The notes under the pieces were generated by a model. That model was not told the DNA's origin and made no database searches. It saw nothing but the letters and a program-made list of their open reading frames with translations. This document shows, piece after piece, positions 11,309-22,880 of a stretch of 56,301 bases of DNA. The position numbers and the translations under genes were made by a program. The stretch spans positions 1 through 56,301 of the forward strand of contig CAYXJN010000010.1 in the NCBI GenBank assembly GCA_964464605.1, read 5' to 3'. The DNA is from an uncultured Ignavibacteriales bacterium. Its GTDB lineage: Bacteria > Zixibacteria > MSB-5A5 > GN15 > FEB-12. Within the stretch, counting starts at the first letter, position 1. Every line of letters begins with the position of its first letter.

Positions 11309-12208
11309 ATGTCCACGGAAGAAAAAACTGCGGCTACCTTGCTTGATGCGGCCGATGCTGTCTTTCAGCAGCGGGATTACCTGCGCGCGCGTGAGATTTA
11401 CAAAGAAACGCTCAAACTCGCTCGGGAAGAGTTCAACCCCTCTGTCGAGGTCGAAGCGCTCTGTCAAATATCCCGAACCTATCTGACACAAAATCAGATC
11501 GAAGAATGCCGCCCATGGCTTGAAGAAGCGGCCAAACGTGCCAAAGAATCCGACCCGATGGGATGGACACGCTATTTGAGCGTCAAAGGGCGAATGGAAT
11601 GGAAAGAGAAAAACCTCGACACCGCAAAACAGACGTTTGAATCCATGTACAATTTTTCGGTCGAAAATAGTCTGCAGGGGCGCGCAGTTGATGCGGCTCA
11701 TATGATCGCGATCGTCACGGAAAACCATGACGAGCAAGTCAACTGGATTAGAAAAGGAATTGAGATGGCCGAAGCAGGTGAAGCTGAAAACTGGCTTGGG
11801 CCGCTTTGGAATAATCTTGGTGTCGCATACTCCGATAACGGAAAAATCGCCGAGGCTCTTCCCTGTTTTGAAAAAGCCCGTCATTATCATTGGCTTTATT
11901 CCGCCGAAGGCGCAAAACTGTTCGCGGATTACCATATCGGGATGACTCTCCGCCACCTCGGTCGGTTCGATGAAGCGCTGCGCTGGCTTCGCCCAGTACT
12001 GGCTTGGGCACAGCGGCTGGAGAACCATTCGGCTATCGCGCAGGCTTTGGATGACATCGGAGAGATCAGTATCTCCCGAGGGGATGTGAAAACCGGTCTG
12101 GCCGATTTAAAGCAGGCACGGGAGCATTTTCGCCTTGCCGGGTATGAACAGGACGCCCCGGAAATCTGGCGGCGTATTAATGACCGTATAACTTCGCTTG
12201 AACGCTGA
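11309..12208 (+). CDS. Tetratricopeptide repeat protein
   Basis: TPR patterns (WNNLGVAYSDNGKIAEALPCFEKA, YHIGMTLRHLGRFDEAL). ATG 11309 preferred as start. Confidence 0.82.
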   Translation: MSTEEKTAATLLDAADAVFQQRDYLRAREIYKETLKLAREEFNPSVEVEALCQISRTYLTQNQIEECRPWLEEAAKRAKESDPMGWTRYLSVKGRMEWKEKNLDTAKQTFESMYNFSVENSLQGRAVDAAHMIAIVTENHDEQVNWIRKGIEMAEAGEAENWLGPLWNNLGVAYSDNGKIAEALPCFEKARHYHWLYSAEGAKLFADYHIGMTLRHLGRFDEALRWLRPVLAWAQRLENHSAIAQALDDIGEISISRGDVKTGLADLKQAREHFRLAGYEQDAPEIWRRINDRITSLER

Positions 12209-12282
12209 TTTTACGTCTTTTTCACTCTAATTTGTGATTCTTGAGTTGTTGACGAGCCGTTCTCTGACGATACTTTCACCAG

Positions 12283-14031
12283 ATGAAAAACACGCTCATT
12301 AGAACCCGCACCGAAAAGCTCTTACTGGAGGCAGCCCGGCTGTTGAATAACACGCTGGAGTATGAAGTCTTAGTCGAAGAAGTGTTGAAATTAGTGATGA
12401 CCGCCGCCAAATGTGAAGCGGCGCTTATTTTCCGCGTCGATCACCAGCGAACCGACCTGAAATTCCGGTTCATGAAAACACCGGAATACGTCATGCAAAC
12501 CCACCTGCGTGATTTCGGAAACGGCGTACCGAAATTCATCGAACAGTTCCGCGAGCCGGTCATTATCGACGATGCAGCGAGCGATCCGCGCAACGAGCAT
12601 GATTTAGAAAATCTCATGGGCATCAAAATCCGTTCACTCGTCTCTGTACCGCTCGTCGGAAAAGGGCAGATGATCGGCGTCATTATGGTGTTCAATAAAC
12701 TGGAAGAGATTTTCACTGCCACTGATGTCGATATGTTAGTCGGGCTTTCGCATCAGATTGCCGTGGCGGTCGATAATGCTTCATTGATTCGCGCTATCAA
12801 ACGGGAAGCACTTGAAAAAAACCTGCTTTACGAAATTGGTAAAAAGCTTTCCAATCCGCTTGAAGTCGAAGACCTGCTCACCGAAACGCTCGAACTGCTC
12901 AAACAGGTTGTGCAGTATGATGCTGCGGGTGTATTCCTTATCGATTCCGAGGGTGTCGCCATGGAATCAACCGCTACGTTCGGTTACGAAGAAGAGGATG
13001 ACCGTTTAGAACTTAAAATCGGCCAGGGGTTGATCGGAACAGTTGCAAAAAGCGGCGAAGCGGTGATTGTGCCGGACGTGTCGAAAGATCCGCACTATGT
13101 CAACGCGCATGATTCCACCCGCAGTGAAATTGTGGTGCCGATCCGGTTAAACAATCGTGTAATCGGTGTTTTCAATCTTGAATCAGAAGTGTTGAATGCC
13201 TACACCAAGCATGATCTGGATTTGCTGGAAGCCTTCGCTTCTCAGGCAGCAGTATCAATCGAACGGGCGCGGTTGCAGCGCCGGTTGATGACCGGACGCA
13301 TTATCGAGCAGCAGTTGAAAATTGCACGCGACATTCAGCGGACATTTTTACCGGATGATGATCCGAAAATCGCCGGGTACGATATTGCCGGTCTTAACGT
13401 TGCCTCCGGACAGGTCGGTGGTGACTACTATGATTTCATTCGCATTGTCGATCATCAAACCGGCGTAGCGATTGCCGATGTTTCCGGCAAAGGAATTCCG
13501 GCCGCCTTGATTATGGCTTCGTTTCGCGCCTCAATGATCGCCGAGATTCGTAATAACTACTCCATTCGCACGATCTGTCAGAAGGTAAACAATCTGATGC
13601 TCGAATCCTTGCAGCCCGGCATGTATGTCACCGGCGTGTACGGCGTGCTCGATTCACGGAACCATATTTTTACCTTCGCGAACTGCGGACACAATTTGCC
13701 GATTTTGCTGCGCGCCTCGGGTGAAGTAGAGTACCTGCGCGAAGGCGGACCGATTTTGGGTATCGCCAAGGATGCTGTCTACGAAGAGCGCCCCATTTTT
13801 CTGTTCCCGAATGATATCGTCATGCTCTACACCGACGGCGTTATCGAAGTCTTCAATGAAAAAGGAGAGGAATTCGGCATGGAGAGACTCATTAAAATCG
13901 TGCAGGAAAATCGGAGCAAAACCGCCGGAGAAATCGAAGAAATTGTCCATGCGGCGGTGCGGGAGTTTGCCGCCGAAGAACATCAGTTTGATGATTTAAC
14001 GATGATCGTTATGAAACGTCTGCGTAACTAA
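12283..14031 (+). CDS. GAF-GAF-SpoIIE (RsbU-like PP2C) phosphatase
   Basis: Two GAF domains, then VGGDYYD, IADVSGKG, NCGH, LYTDG and DDLT. Confidence 0.93.
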   Translation: MKNTLIRTRTEKLLLEAARLLNNTLEYEVLVEEVLKLVMTAAKCEAALIFRVDHQRTDLKFRFMKTPEYVMQTHLRDFGNGVPKFIEQFREPVIIDDAASDPRNEHDLENLMGIKIRSLVSVPLVGKGQMIGVIMVFNKLEEIFTATDVDMLVGLSHQIAVAVDNASLIRAIKREALEKNLLYEIGKKLSNPLEVEDLLTETLELLKQVVQYDAAGVFLIDSEGVAMESTATFGYEEEDDRLELKIGQGLIGTVAKSGEAVIVPDVSKDPHYVNAHDSTRSEIVVPIRLNNRVIGVFNLESEVLNAYTKHDLDLLEAFASQAAVSIERARLQRRLMTGRIIEQQLKIARDIQRTFLPDDDPKIAGYDIAGLNVASGQVGGDYYDFIRIVDHQTGVAIADVSGKGIPAALIMASFRASMIAEIRNNYSIRTICQKVNNLMLESLQPGMYVTGVYGVLDSRNHIFTFANCGHNLPILLRASGEVEYLREGGPILGIAKDAVYEERPIFLFPNDIVMLYTDGVIEVFNEKGEEFGMERLIKIVQENRSKTAGEIEEIVHAAVREFAAEEHQFDDLTMIVMKRLRN

Positions 14032-14441
14032 AACTGATACAGCATCAAGTAGACAATTACTCCCGAAACAGACACAAACATCCAGACCGGCCAGAGCCAT
14101 TTGACCAGCTTGCGGTGTTTATCGAATCTCCCCCGCAGCGCATGCCAAACCGCGATAAGAATAAACGGCGTCATCACCGCAGCTAAAATGACGTGCGGAA
14201 TCAGAATGGTAAAATAGATCGGACGGGTCCAGTCATGCTTCGGGTACGGTACCGAACCGACCGCATAGTGATAGATTAAGTAGCTTGTTAAAAACGCTGC
14301 AGATACCGCTAACGCCCCAAACATGATTTTCTTGTGAAGTTCCCGTTTCCCTTGCTTGATAGTAATAAACCCAAACAACAAAAGTACAGCAGCGATACTG
14401 TTAAGCGTGGCGTTCAGTGCTGGTAAATCAGTCAGACTCAT
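14028..14441 (-). CDS. DUF420 / CtaM-like oxidase assembly membrane protein
   Basis: LPALNATLN, HKKIM, FLTSYLIYH and W.FVSVSGVIVY.MLY motifs; last gene of the oxidase operon. Confidence 0.88.
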   Translation of the reverse strand: MSLTDLPALNATLNSIAAVLLLFGFITIKQGKRELHKKIMFGALAVSAAFLTSYLIYHYAVGSVPYPKHDWTRPIYFTILIPHVILAAVMTPFILIAVWHALRGRFDKHRKLVKWLWPVWMFVSVSGVIVYLMLYQF

Positions 14442-15046
14442 GGGTACAACTTTGCTAATTCCCGCAACTGGGCTTTGAGTACATCGACCGAGGCAGCATC
14501 GAGACCGTCATAATAGCCGCGTATTTCCGCGTTACCATCGACCAAAACGAATTTTGTCGAATGTCCGCCCGGTAAACCATCGGCGGTGAGTTTGAACCCA
14601 CCTTCCATCAATAACGCGACATTATCGAGCGACGACCATAAGAAACGCCCAGTCGGAGCAATTATGCCCAAGGAATCGGCGTAATGCTTCAACACCGACA
14701 CAGAATCATAATCCGGATCAACGGTCACTCCGATAAAGCGTAAATTCGGAGAGGTCGAAAATCCCTGATACAAATCCTGATATTGTTTCATCATAATCGG
14801 ACATGCCCCGGGACAACGGGTGAAAATAAATGCAACGACACTCAGTTTACCGTTCAATGAATCAGCAGTAAACGGTACGCCATTTTGATCCGTGAACGTA
14901 AAGGCCGGTACTTTCCCGAGTATCGGCAGATCACGACGGGATAAATCCGCCTTGTGCGTTACGACTAACGCAAGAATGATGAGCGCCATCACCACGAAAG
15001 ATGACAACGCAATCCAGATAATCGATTTACCGGAAACTGTAGTCAT
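14438..15046 (-). CDS. SCO1/SenC copper chaperone
   Basis: N-terminal TM, FTRCPGACP motif, conserved His (GHST) and IRGYYDG. Confidence 0.9.
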   Translation of the reverse strand: MTTVSGKSIIWIALSSFVVMALIILALVVTHKADLSRRDLPILGKVPAFTFTDQNGVPFTADSLNGKLSVVAFIFTRCPGACPIMMKQYQDLYQGFSTSPNLRFIGVTVDPDYDSVSVLKHYADSLGIIAPTGRFLWSSLDNVALLMEGGFKLTADGLPGGHSTKFVLVDGNAEIRGYYDGLDAASVDVLKAQLRELAKLYP

Positions 15047-16023
15047 GAGCGTTCAACTCGTTTCGATTCACAATACATGATAAACACCGCCCCAATGTAC
15101 ATCGAAGCGATCCATAAGTGAAACAATTGTAGTATAGATGTCATACCAATTGAAACAAATCCAACTCCCAAGGCAAGCTGAACGGAAACCAAAATCAGCG
15201 CAAAAGCGGTCGCTTTTTTCAGCAAGCCGGATATCTGCTCTTTGCTTTGCAATTGCAAAACGAAAACGGCAAAGGTAGCACAGACTACGATCAACCCTAA
15301 AAACGTATGCACATGCTTGATAGCACCGAGCCGGGTTAATACCTCCACTCCGGTTAAAAGCGGAAACATCTCGACAATCAGCTCTAATTCCTCCCGCATT
15401 TCGGTACCGACCAAAATCTGCAGCATGCCGATTACCCAGAGAACAATAGTAAAACGAATCAAACGGGCCTGCTGGATGGACTTTTCTTTGGGAAAACTTT
15501 CAGGCGGATAATGCACCCGATGCGCTACGAAAATTAAGATACTCATCAGCACCAATGCCAAAAGCATATGAACCGTCACGATTACCGGTTCTAACTCGGT
15601 GGCAACCACGACACTTCCCAGCCACCCCTGAAAAGCGACTAATATGAGCGATAGAATGGACGGCACAAAAATATCACGACGTGTTTTAAACGTCCGGTAT
15701 GCTTCAACAGCCAGCCAGATAAGCACAAAGCCGAGCAATGCTCCACCGACGCGGTTGAAGTACTCGATCCATGCCAGAGTAAAATTAAATTTTGACGGGT
15801 CAATGTCGGGTGGAAGCTGGCTTATTGAAGTCGGCGGAATCCATCGGCCAAAGCATTTCGGCCAGTCGGGGCATCCTAAACCGGCACCGGAAACGCGAAC
15901 CAAACCGCCCGCGAAAATCACGATGTAGGTAAAAAAGACTGAGAAAATAGCAAGCTGCTGAAATCGCCGAACAGCACGTTCTTCGGCTATATCTGACCGT
16001 CCCCCTGATGGTGTCGCGGTCAT
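15043..16023 (-). CDS. ctaA: Heme A synthase
   Basis: GGLVRVSGAGLGCPDWPKC, WIEYFNR and His-bearing TM helices. Confidence 0.92.
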   Translation of the reverse strand: MTATPSGGRSDIAEERAVRRFQQLAIFSVFFTYIVIFAGGLVRVSGAGLGCPDWPKCFGRWIPPTSISQLPPDIDPSKFNFTLAWIEYFNRVGGALLGFVLIWLAVEAYRTFKTRRDIFVPSILSLILVAFQGWLGSVVVATELEPVIVTVHMLLALVLMSILIFVAHRVHYPPESFPKEKSIQQARLIRFTIVLWVIGMLQILVGTEMREELELIVEMFPLLTGVEVLTRLGAIKHVHTFLGLIVVCATFAVFVLQLQSKEQISGLLKKATAFALILVSVQLALGVGFVSIGMTSILQLFHLWIASMYIGAVFIMYCESKRVERS

Positions 16024-16065
16024 ACCAATGAACCTATAGATGTTTCCTGAGAGAATTACCTGTTG

Positions 16066-16569
16066 CTAATGTCCGGAATCAACAGGTGCCGGTTTCAGCG
16101 TATCGGTAGGCGCTGCTTCAGGGGTCGCATGATGCACCGCCGAATCCATAACCGCCGGTGTTTTCGCAGCCCCTTCCGAACTCTTTTCATGTTCATGAGC
16201 GGGAGTCGCGCCGGCATTGGGGAGCACAACCTGCGGAACAATCGGATGGGTTTTGATTTCGTCAACCCGCCCGCGGAATTCGGTATCGACTAAGGTCAAT
16301 ATGAAAAACACTGCAAGACAAAGCACAGAAATGAGAAAGGCAAGCAAATAGAGTTTGTTGTCATATTTCAAGTGCATGAAAATAGCGGCTACCGCAATCG
16401 CCTTGGCGGCTGCGACTAACATGGCTACCACGATATTGAACGGTCCTAAATGCACCAGCGAAACGGCGACTGTTACCACCGTCATCACAATTAAAAACCC
16501 GAAAACCGCCAGATAGGTTTTAAGCGGTAAAATATGATGATGGCTCTGTTCTGATGAGTGCTGGCTCAT
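16066..16569 (-). CDS. ctaF: Cytochrome c oxidase subunit IV with C-terminal extension
   Basis: KA.AVAAIFMHLKYD motif and 3 TMs; follows subunit III. Confidence 0.85.
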   Translation of the reverse strand: MSQHSSEQSHHHILPLKTYLAVFGFLIVMTVVTVAVSLVHLGPFNIVVAMLVAAAKAIAVAAIFMHLKYDNKLYLLAFLISVLCLAVFFILTLVDTEFRGRVDEIKTHPIVPQVVLPNAGATPAHEHEKSSEGAAKTPAVMDSAVHHATPEAAPTDTLKPAPVDSGH

Positions 16570-16573
16570 ATCG

Positions 16574-17233
16574 CTATCCTATCAGGTAAAAGAGTGGGAA
16601 CAGGAAAATCCAGATCAAGTCGACTAAGTGCCAATACAACCCGGTCATCTCGATCGGTACATAATAATCCGGTGAAAATTCACCTTTATTCACGCGCCAA
16701 AGAATCCAAGAAATCACGGCGATACCGCACAATACGTGGAACCCGTGCAGTCCGGTCATCAGGAAGTATACGCTGAAGAAAACGTGCGGGTTGGTTCCTT
16801 CGATTCCGGCGAAGGTGTAGAACTTACCGGGAAGCTGGCCGAGATGAATCTTGTGGGTGTATTCGAAGTATTTAATAACCAAGAACCCGCAGGCCAACAG
16901 AATGGTCAGTATCAGGTTTACTTTGGTCAATGACCGTTTCCCCAGCTGCATGCTGCGAATCGCCAGCGCCATGGTGAGCGAACTGGTAATGAGCAATATC
17001 GTGTTAATGGTACCCATCGTGATAGACAACTCTTTGTGGGCGTTGTAGAACATATCCGGATACCAGGAGCGGTAAATGACATATGCACAGAACAAACCGC
17101 CGAACAACAGGACTTCAGTTAACAGGAAGAGCCACATACCCAGCTTGGCTGATTCCTTTTGCTGGTCGAGATCGCTGAAATGGTGCGCAAGATACGCCGG
17201 GTGATCGTGCGCTTTATCGGTCGAATGGCTCAT
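16574..17233 (-). CDS. ctaE: Cytochrome c oxidase subunit III
   Basis: [26 protein letters not shown] and [11 protein letters not shown]. Confidence 0.95.
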   Translation of the reverse strand: MSHSTDKAHDHPAYLAHHFSDLDQQKESAKLGMWLFLLTEVLLFGGLFCAYVIYRSWYPDMFYNAHKELSITMGTINTILLITSSLTMALAIRSMQLGKRSLTKVNLILTILLACGFLVIKYFEYTHKIHLGQLPGKFYTFAGIEGTNPHVFFSVYFLMTGLHGFHVLCGIAVISWILWRVNKGEFSPDYYVPIEMTGLYWHLVDLIWIFLFPLFYLIG

Positions 17234-18861
17234 GTTTTCACTTTCTTCGGTTGCTCAGCGGTCGATGGAATAAGCATGGTGTCGTAATCATACGGACCAT
17301 GATCAAATACCGGTGTCTCAATAAAGTTTTCCGGCGGAGGCGGTGAAGAGGTCGCCCATTCAAGGGTAAGCGCACCCCACGGATTATCACCGGCCGGACG
17401 ACCTTTGAAGATCGCATGAATCAGCGTGACACCCATAATGATAAACCCAAGCGCCATAATCCAAGAGCCGTACGTTGAAAAGGCGTGCAGCGGCTGATAT
17501 TGATCGAGATACGTGTAGTAACGGCGCGGCATACCCTGTGAGCCAAGTATGAACTGGGTGAAGAAAGTAACGTTGAAGCCGATGAACACCAAAACAGCGC
17601 TTGTGCCGCCCCAGAATTCATTGTACATCCTTCCCCAAATTTTCGGCCACCAGTAAAACAAGCCGCCGAAGAAAGCCATAACGGTTCCACCGAGCATTAC
17701 ATAGTGGAAGTGTGAGACGACATAATAAGTGTCGTGCAAATGCACGTCGAGTGACAGCGTTCCGAGCACAATGCCGGTAAAGCCGCCGATACAGAAGAGA
17801 ATCAGGAATGATATGGTCCATAACATCGGCGTCGAAAGGGAAATCGACCCTTTATACATGGTCGCAACCCAGTTGAAGACCTTAATACCGGACGGTATGC
17901 CAACAAAGAAGGTTAGAAATGAAAATACGACCGCGGCAAGTTCCGACTGGCCGGACACAAACATGTGGTGTCCCCAAACTAAGAATGACACCAGTGCAAT
18001 ACCGAGCGATGAATACCCGATAGCTCGGTAACCAAAAATTTTCTTGTGGGAAAACACGGCTATTAATTCGCTGATAATGGCCATCCCCGGAAGAATCATG
18101 ATATACACCGCCGGATGGGAATAGAACCAGAAGAAGTGCTGATACAATACCGGATCACCACCGAGCGCGGGGTCAAAAATACCGATACCGAACGCCCTCT
18201 CCATACTAAGCAATATCAGCGTGATACCAATAACCGGAGTCGCCAGCACCTGAATAAGGGCGGTAGCGTACATACCCCACACAAACAGCGGCATATTGAA
18301 CCAGGTCATTCCCGGTGCACGCAATTTGTGAATGGTCACAATGAAATTAAGACCGGTAAAAATAGATGAAAAGCCAAGAATCACTACACCGAGCGTCATA
18401 GAGATAACCGAGGTACTTGTTACCGTACTGTATGGCGTGTAGAAAGTCCAGCCGGTGTCGGCGGCATTAGTAACCATCGAATAAACCGTGAATGATGCCC
18501 CGATTACATATATATACCAACTGGCCAGATTAAGTCGAGGGAAGGCTACATCCTTTGCCCCGATCATCAGCGGAAGCACAAAATTACCGAGTGCCGCCGG
18601 GATCGAGGGGATAATAAACAAAAAGACCATCACCGCGCCGTGCAGCGTGAACAACTGATTGTATTGATCGGCGGTAAAGAGCTGCTGGCCGGGATGCAAA
18701 AGTTCCAGACGGACTAAAATCGCAAAGGTGCCGCCCAACAGAAACGCTCCCATGATGAGGAACAGATACATTATCCCGATCCGCTTGTGATCAAGCGTAC
18801 CAAGCCAGGACATGATTCCTTTCGGCTCGGTCAGATAATTACGTGTGGGTATGGTACTCAT
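17230..18861 (-). CDS. ctaD: Cytochrome c oxidase subunit I (A2-type)
   Basis: [20 protein letters not shown] (the YS motif marks A2 type), VWGHH and HFHY. Start placed at ATG 18861. Confidence 0.97.
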   Translation of the reverse strand: MSTIPTRNYLTEPKGIMSWLGTLDHKRIGIMYLFLIMGAFLLGGTFAILVRLELLHPGQQLFTADQYNQLFTLHGAVMVFLFIIPSIPAALGNFVLPLMIGAKDVAFPRLNLASWYIYVIGASFTVYSMVTNAADTGWTFYTPYSTVTSTSVISMTLGVVILGFSSIFTGLNFIVTIHKLRAPGMTWFNMPLFVWGMYATALIQVLATPVIGITLILLSMERAFGIGIFDPALGGDPVLYQHFFWFYSHPAVYIMILPGMAIISELIAVFSHKKIFGYRAIGYSSLGIALVSFLVWGHHMFVSGQSELAAVVFSFLTFFVGIPSGIKVFNWVATMYKGSISLSTPMLWTISFLILFCIGGFTGIVLGTLSLDVHLHDTYYVVSHFHYVMLGGTVMAFFGGLFYWWPKIWGRMYNEFWGGTSAVLVFIGFNVTFFTQFILGSQGMPRRYYTYLDQYQPLHAFSTYGSWIMALGFIIMGVTLIHAIFKGRPAGDNPWGALTLEWATSSPPPPENFIETPVFDHGPYDYDTMLIPSTAEQPKKVKT

Positions 18862-18868
18862 ATTTTGC

Positions 18869-19810
18869 TCACTTATTCTGTAGCGACTTAATATACGCAA
18901 TTAACGCATCCAATTGACGATCTTTCAATACTCCCTGGAACGTCGGCATCACCGGCTCATACCCGGCAACAACCTGCGATTGCGGGTCAAGAATCGATTG
19001 CCGCAAATAATTTTCATCGATGTTAACCGTCTGGCCATTCTTTAACAGTACCGGCGTACCGAAAATTCCCTGGAAGCTCGGCCCGGTGTTTTTCGAACCG
19101 TCGACACTATGGCAGGTTTTGCAGGCCTTAGAGACATACAATTTAGCGCCGAATTCTTCAAGGGACATTCCTTCGCCGCTGGTACTCTTCTCCATCCAGT
19201 CTGCATATTCTTTTTCAGATACCACCCGGTATCGGCCGATCATTTCAGAGTGTCCTTTACCACAATATTCAGTACAGAAGATATTGCCTTCTCCCGTACC
19301 TACCGGTTCAAACCAGGTAACGGTGTACCGGTTCGGCAATACGTCCATTTTCATGCGCATGTCCGGAATGAAGAAGCTATGGAGAACATCTTTTGATGAC
19401 ATCAAAAGCTTAATCGGTCTGCCGCTCGGCACTACGAGTTCATTGACCGAGTTTGCGCCTTCCGGGTAATCAAAAGTCCAGAACCAGCGCTGGCCGGTGA
19501 CTTTGATTTCCATTGCATCATGAGGAACGACAAAACGCTCTAAAAAGTCACGGAATCCCCAGACAAAAATAATCATGACGACAATGGTCGGAATGACCGT
19601 CCAGGTAATTTCGATCGCCAAATTATGATCGCGCCCATCCGTCCGCGTGGCTGCGCCCCGGCGGCGGTATTTGATCGCAAAATACAGTATCGCGCCGACA
19701 ACAAGCACAAACAGCACGATCGAGCAGTAATACACGAAATAGTATAGCGCATCCTGATCGGCAGCGTATGTCGAGCCTTGTGGCGGAAACCAAAGTGAAG
19801 AACCGTTCAT
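18869..19810 (-). CDS. ctaC: Cytochrome c oxidase subunit II with fused cytochrome c (caa3)
   Basis: DVLHSF, CuA site [13 protein letters not shown]-terminal CKTCH and MP. Confidence 0.96.
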   Translation of the reverse strand: MNGSSLWFPPQGSTYAADQDALYYFVYYCSIVLFVLVVGAILYFAIKYRRRGAATRTDGRDHNLAIEITWTVIPTIVVMIIFVWGFRDFLERFVVPHDAMEIKVTGQRWFWTFDYPEGANSVNELVVPSGRPIKLLMSSKDVLHSFFIPDMRMKMDVLPNRYTVTWFEPVGTGEGNIFCTEYCGKGHSEMIGRYRVVSEKEYADWMEKSTSGEGMSLEEFGAKLYVSKACKTCHSVDGSKNTGPSFQGIFGTPVLLKNGQTVNIDENYLRQSILDPQSQVVAGYEPVMPTFQGVLKDRQLDALIAYIKSLQNK

Positions 19811-19816
19811 GAACTC

Positions 19817-20692
19817 TTATCTTTCCTTCGCATAAGGGCGATGAATGTATGATGACCAGCGGTTGCTGCCGCCGCGGCGTTTTTCCCAACGCCACAATCC
19901 GTACACCAGCGATCCGGTGAATAACAATATCAGCAAGCCACCAATTTTCATGATTGTTCCGGCTAACACGACATATCCTTTTGCATCCGGATCGTAGTGA
20001 TAGCAATACAGAATCAATTTATCGAGCGTAGTGCCGACCTTTCCGTCAGATGCTTCCACCAACGCAAGTTTGACATCTTTTTCTTCAAACTGAATCCCGT
20101 ACAGATACCGCGTTAGTTTCCCTTCCGGTGAAAGTACAATCACCACAGCCGGATGCGCATATTCCCCCCGTTCTGCATCATAGTAGTAGCGGAACCCGGC
20201 GGCATCAGCCAAACGCTTGGAGGATTCTTCGGTAGCAGTCAAAAACGCCCAACCCGGATCATTCGCCGGACGATTGAGCAATTCCATATAATTCGTTTTC
20301 TTCGCAGTTGCCAACTCAGGGGTTTCCGACGGTTTGATACTCACGGTAACAACCTGAAAATCCTTCCCCATCGCAAACGACAGACTGTCTATTCCCTGTA
20401 CCACGCCGTTCATGACCAAGTTACAAAGCATCGGACACTGGTAGTAGGCAAACATGAGCATGACCGGACGTTCATCGTGAAAGTAATTTTGTAACGTAAC
20501 CACTTTGCCGGTTTCATCGACGAGCGGTACATCCAGCGGGAGCATCGCACCGAGTTTTTCATCGACATCGATTCCGTCCAGCGCCGGATCATGCTCTTTT
20601 ACCACCTGTGCAGAAACAACTCCGGCAGAAAGCCAGAGCGCGAACAGACACAAAAGGGTAAAAGTGTAAAACCGTTTGATCATATCAATCAC
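19817..20692 (-). CDS. SCO-family protein associated with ACIII/caa3
   Basis: YYQCPMLC, YAHPA, LLYCYHYDP-like motif (LILYCYHYDP) and C-terminal TM. Confidence 0.88.
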   Translation of the reverse strand: MIDMIKRFYTFTLLCLFALWLSAGVVSAQVVKEHDPALDGIDVDEKLGAMLPLDVPLVDETGKVVTLQNYFHDERPVMLMFAYYQCPMLCNLVMNGVVQGIDSLSFAMGKDFQVVTVSIKPSETPELATAKKTNYMELLNRPANDPGWAFLTATEESSKRLADAAGFRYYYDAERGEYAHPAVVIVLSPEGKLTRYLYGIQFEEKDVKLALVEASDGKVGTTLDKLILYCYHYDPDAKGYVVLAGTIMKIGGLLILLFTGSLVYGLWRWEKRRGGSNRWSSYIHRPYAKER

Positions 20693-21060
20693 TTGTTCGT
20701 TTCAACCTGTTTGGCAAAAGCGCTGTCGGCCATCAACTGCATCGCTTTATCAACCGGAATGCGGTATATGTTTTTCGTCGAATCAACCACGGCATAGGTA
20801 GTCAAAATTTCCTGATCCCGGGCACGAACATCACGCAGCAGATTCGACTGCGGCGCCAGCTGTGAGTGGTACTTGTCCGATTCGACCGAAAAATTAAAAT
20901 ACTCATTAATAAAAACTAACGTCAGCACCATGAACACAATGAACACTAACGACAGCCAAACACCGGTCATGCCGTTAACATCCTGATGTTCGTAGCCATC
21001 CTTAACGCTGGGATGGTGTGATGCGTTGTGCGGGTCGTGACTCATAGATTTATCCGACAT
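20689..21060 (-). CDS. actG: Alternative complex III small subunit, ActG-like
   Basis: Single TM, C-terminal LTTYAVVD...YRIPVDKAM motif, and position after actF. Confidence 0.65.
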   Translation of the reverse strand: MSDKSMSHDPHNASHHPSVKDGYEHQDVNGMTGVWLSLVFIVFMVLTLVFINEYFNFSVESDKYHSQLAPQSNLLRDVRARDQEILTTYAVVDSTKNIYRIPVDKAMQLMADSAFAKQVETNK

Positions 21061-22234
21061 TCACAAATTGTTTCGAGGCCTGTAATCCCGGGTCGCCGAT
21101 CGGAATAACCGGAGCGGAAGTAAATTTTCGCCAAAACAACCAAATGAATATGCCGCCGATAGCAAGCATCGGAGCAAAATTAATCCAAGAGAAATCCGCA
21201 CCATGATGGTTGTGATTGGGCATGACGATCCAGTACAAATCGACATAGCGCATTAATAGAATCCAGATGGAAACGGCCATCAGCCACTTCAGACTCGCTT
21301 TCGCGATTCTCGATACCAAAAACAGGAATGGTAAAGCAAAGTGACCAAAAATGATCGTCAAGCTGACCGCTTTCCATGTTCCCTCCCAGCGATGGAGGTA
21401 CCAAATCGTTTCTTCCGGTATATCCGCATACCAAATCAAGAAGTACTGCGAAAAGGCCATATAGGCCCAGAAAATTATGAAGGCAAACATGAATTTGCCG
21501 TAGTCGTGGTAATGGTGCGAGGTAATCTCTTTCATCAGTATCCCCTGACCGCGCAAATACATAGAAAACAGCGTTACAAAGCAAATCGTACCAAGAAATC
21601 CTCCGGCAAACAAGTACACACCGAAAATGGTCGAATACCAAGCCGGATCGAGTGACATCAGCCAATCGAATGCAGCGAATGTCGTGCTCAACGCGAACAG
21701 GAACAGACCCGGTGCACTTATGCGGCGGGCAGTGGCGGTTATCGATGGCGTATGGTTAACATCCTGTCGTCGCGACAATCGATAGAGGAAGTACGCTAAT
21801 GTCGACCAGATACCGAAATACAATACCGCTCTGAGTACAAAGAAGGTGATATTCAAATAGCCGGTCTTGCCTGCAACAAGATGATCAGCCGCCAAAACTT
21901 CGGGACGAGTCCAGGGAAACAAAGTTGTCATACCCAAAACCACCGGAATAAACAATATGGCCATCCAGGGCAATACTGACATCAGCGTTTCCGCAATACG
22001 ACGCACCACGATACTCCATTTGGCATCGACCATGTGGTGCAGCATCGTGAAAAACAATCCGCCCAAACCGATCGCGAGCCAGAACATGAATGCTATCAGC
22101 CAGGAAAAATAAAATGTCTCATGGTCGACTGCATAAGCAACGCCGCTTAACACAAGACCAAAAATGCCGATTACTAACGCGATCTGCCCGAGTTTTCCGG
22201 GATTCGTAATCTGGTATGAATTACTGAGCTGCAA
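21050..22234 (-). CDS. actF: Alternative complex III membrane subunit F
   Basis: About 10 TMs; FDWLMSLDPAWYSTIFG and SQYFLIWYADIPEE. Confidence 0.92.
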   Translation of the reverse strand: MQLSNSYQITNPGKLGQIALVIGIFGLVLSGVAYAVDHETFYFSWLIAFMFWLAIGLGGLFFTMLHHMVDAKWSIVVRRIAETLMSVLPWMAILFIPVVLGMTTLFPWTRPEVLAADHLVAGKTGYLNITFFVLRAVLYFGIWSTLAYFLYRLSRRQDVNHTPSITATARRISAPGLFLFALSTTFAAFDWLMSLDPAWYSTIFGVYLFAGGFLGTICFVTLFSMYLRGQGILMKEITSHHYHDYGKFMFAFIIFWAYMAFSQYFLIWYADIPEETIWYLHRWEGTWKAVSLTIIFGHFALPFLFLVSRIAKASLKWLMAVSIWILLMRYVDLYWIVMPNHNHHGADFSWINFAPMLAIGGIFIWLFWRKFTSAPVIPIGDPGLQASKQFVNVG

Positions 22235-22244
22235 AACAGTATCC

Positions 22245-22880
22245 TTACTTCAAAGTTCTTCGAATATCATCCGGTACTTGCGAGGCCGGAGTGTTTTGGC
22301 TCTTCTGCAACGCGCGGATATAGGCGATTATCGCCCATCTATCCGCTACCTGTACCTGATGTTTATATGACGGCATATTGCGTACGCCGTTGGTAATCGC
22401 GTCAAACATTTGCCCGTCCGGCATTTCCATCAATCTTTGGTCATGGTAATTGGAAGGCATAATCGGCAAACCGCGCTTGAATACGATTCCCTGACCATCC
22501 CCGGCCCGGCCATGACACGGCGCGCAATAAATGTTGTATCGCTCCTGACCATGTTTCAACAGATCAAGAGTAAGTGGCACCGGTGATGTTTTAACAAAAT
22601 CGCCACCTTCGACAACACGACCGGTGTAATATGGTATGTTCTCATTCAAATGGCCGCGCGCGACAGTACCGGGAACAAGGGTACGCATCGCTGCTGAATC
22701 AGCAAAAAACTCCGACTGTTTGAGCGGTTTGTATTTCGGCTGCGTATCCATGTTCGGATTAATATGCACTGGCGGCTTTTCTGAGTAGCTTCCCTGAAAA
22801 CAGCCAGCCTGAACCAGCACAACGGCAATTGCTGCGCACAGAACAACATTTTTGCGTATCAGGAATTTCATCATCTGCAT
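22245..22880 (-). CDS. actE: Alternative complex III monoheme lipoprotein subunit E
   Basis: Lipobox QAGC, NMDTQPK, CAPCH, MPSY and RWAIIAYIRALQ. Exact start uncertain among three nearby ATGs. Confidence 0.92.
   Translation of the reverse strand: MQMMKFLIRKNVVLCAAIAVVLVQAGCFQGSYSEKPPVHINPNMDTQPKYKPLKQSEFFADSAAMRTLVPGTVARGHLNENIPYYTGRVVEGGDFVKTSPVPLTLDLLKHGQERYNIYCAPCHGRAGDGQGIVFKRGLPIMPSNYHDQRLMEMPDGQMFDAITNGVRNMPSYKHQVQVADRWAIIAYIRALQKSQNTPASQVPDDIRRTLK

Noticed and set aside
11240..12028. 262-aa minus-strand ORF and many other 60-210-aa overlapping ORFs in the track
   Set aside because: They are antisense or alternate-frame shadows of well-supported genes, with no recognisable motifs.
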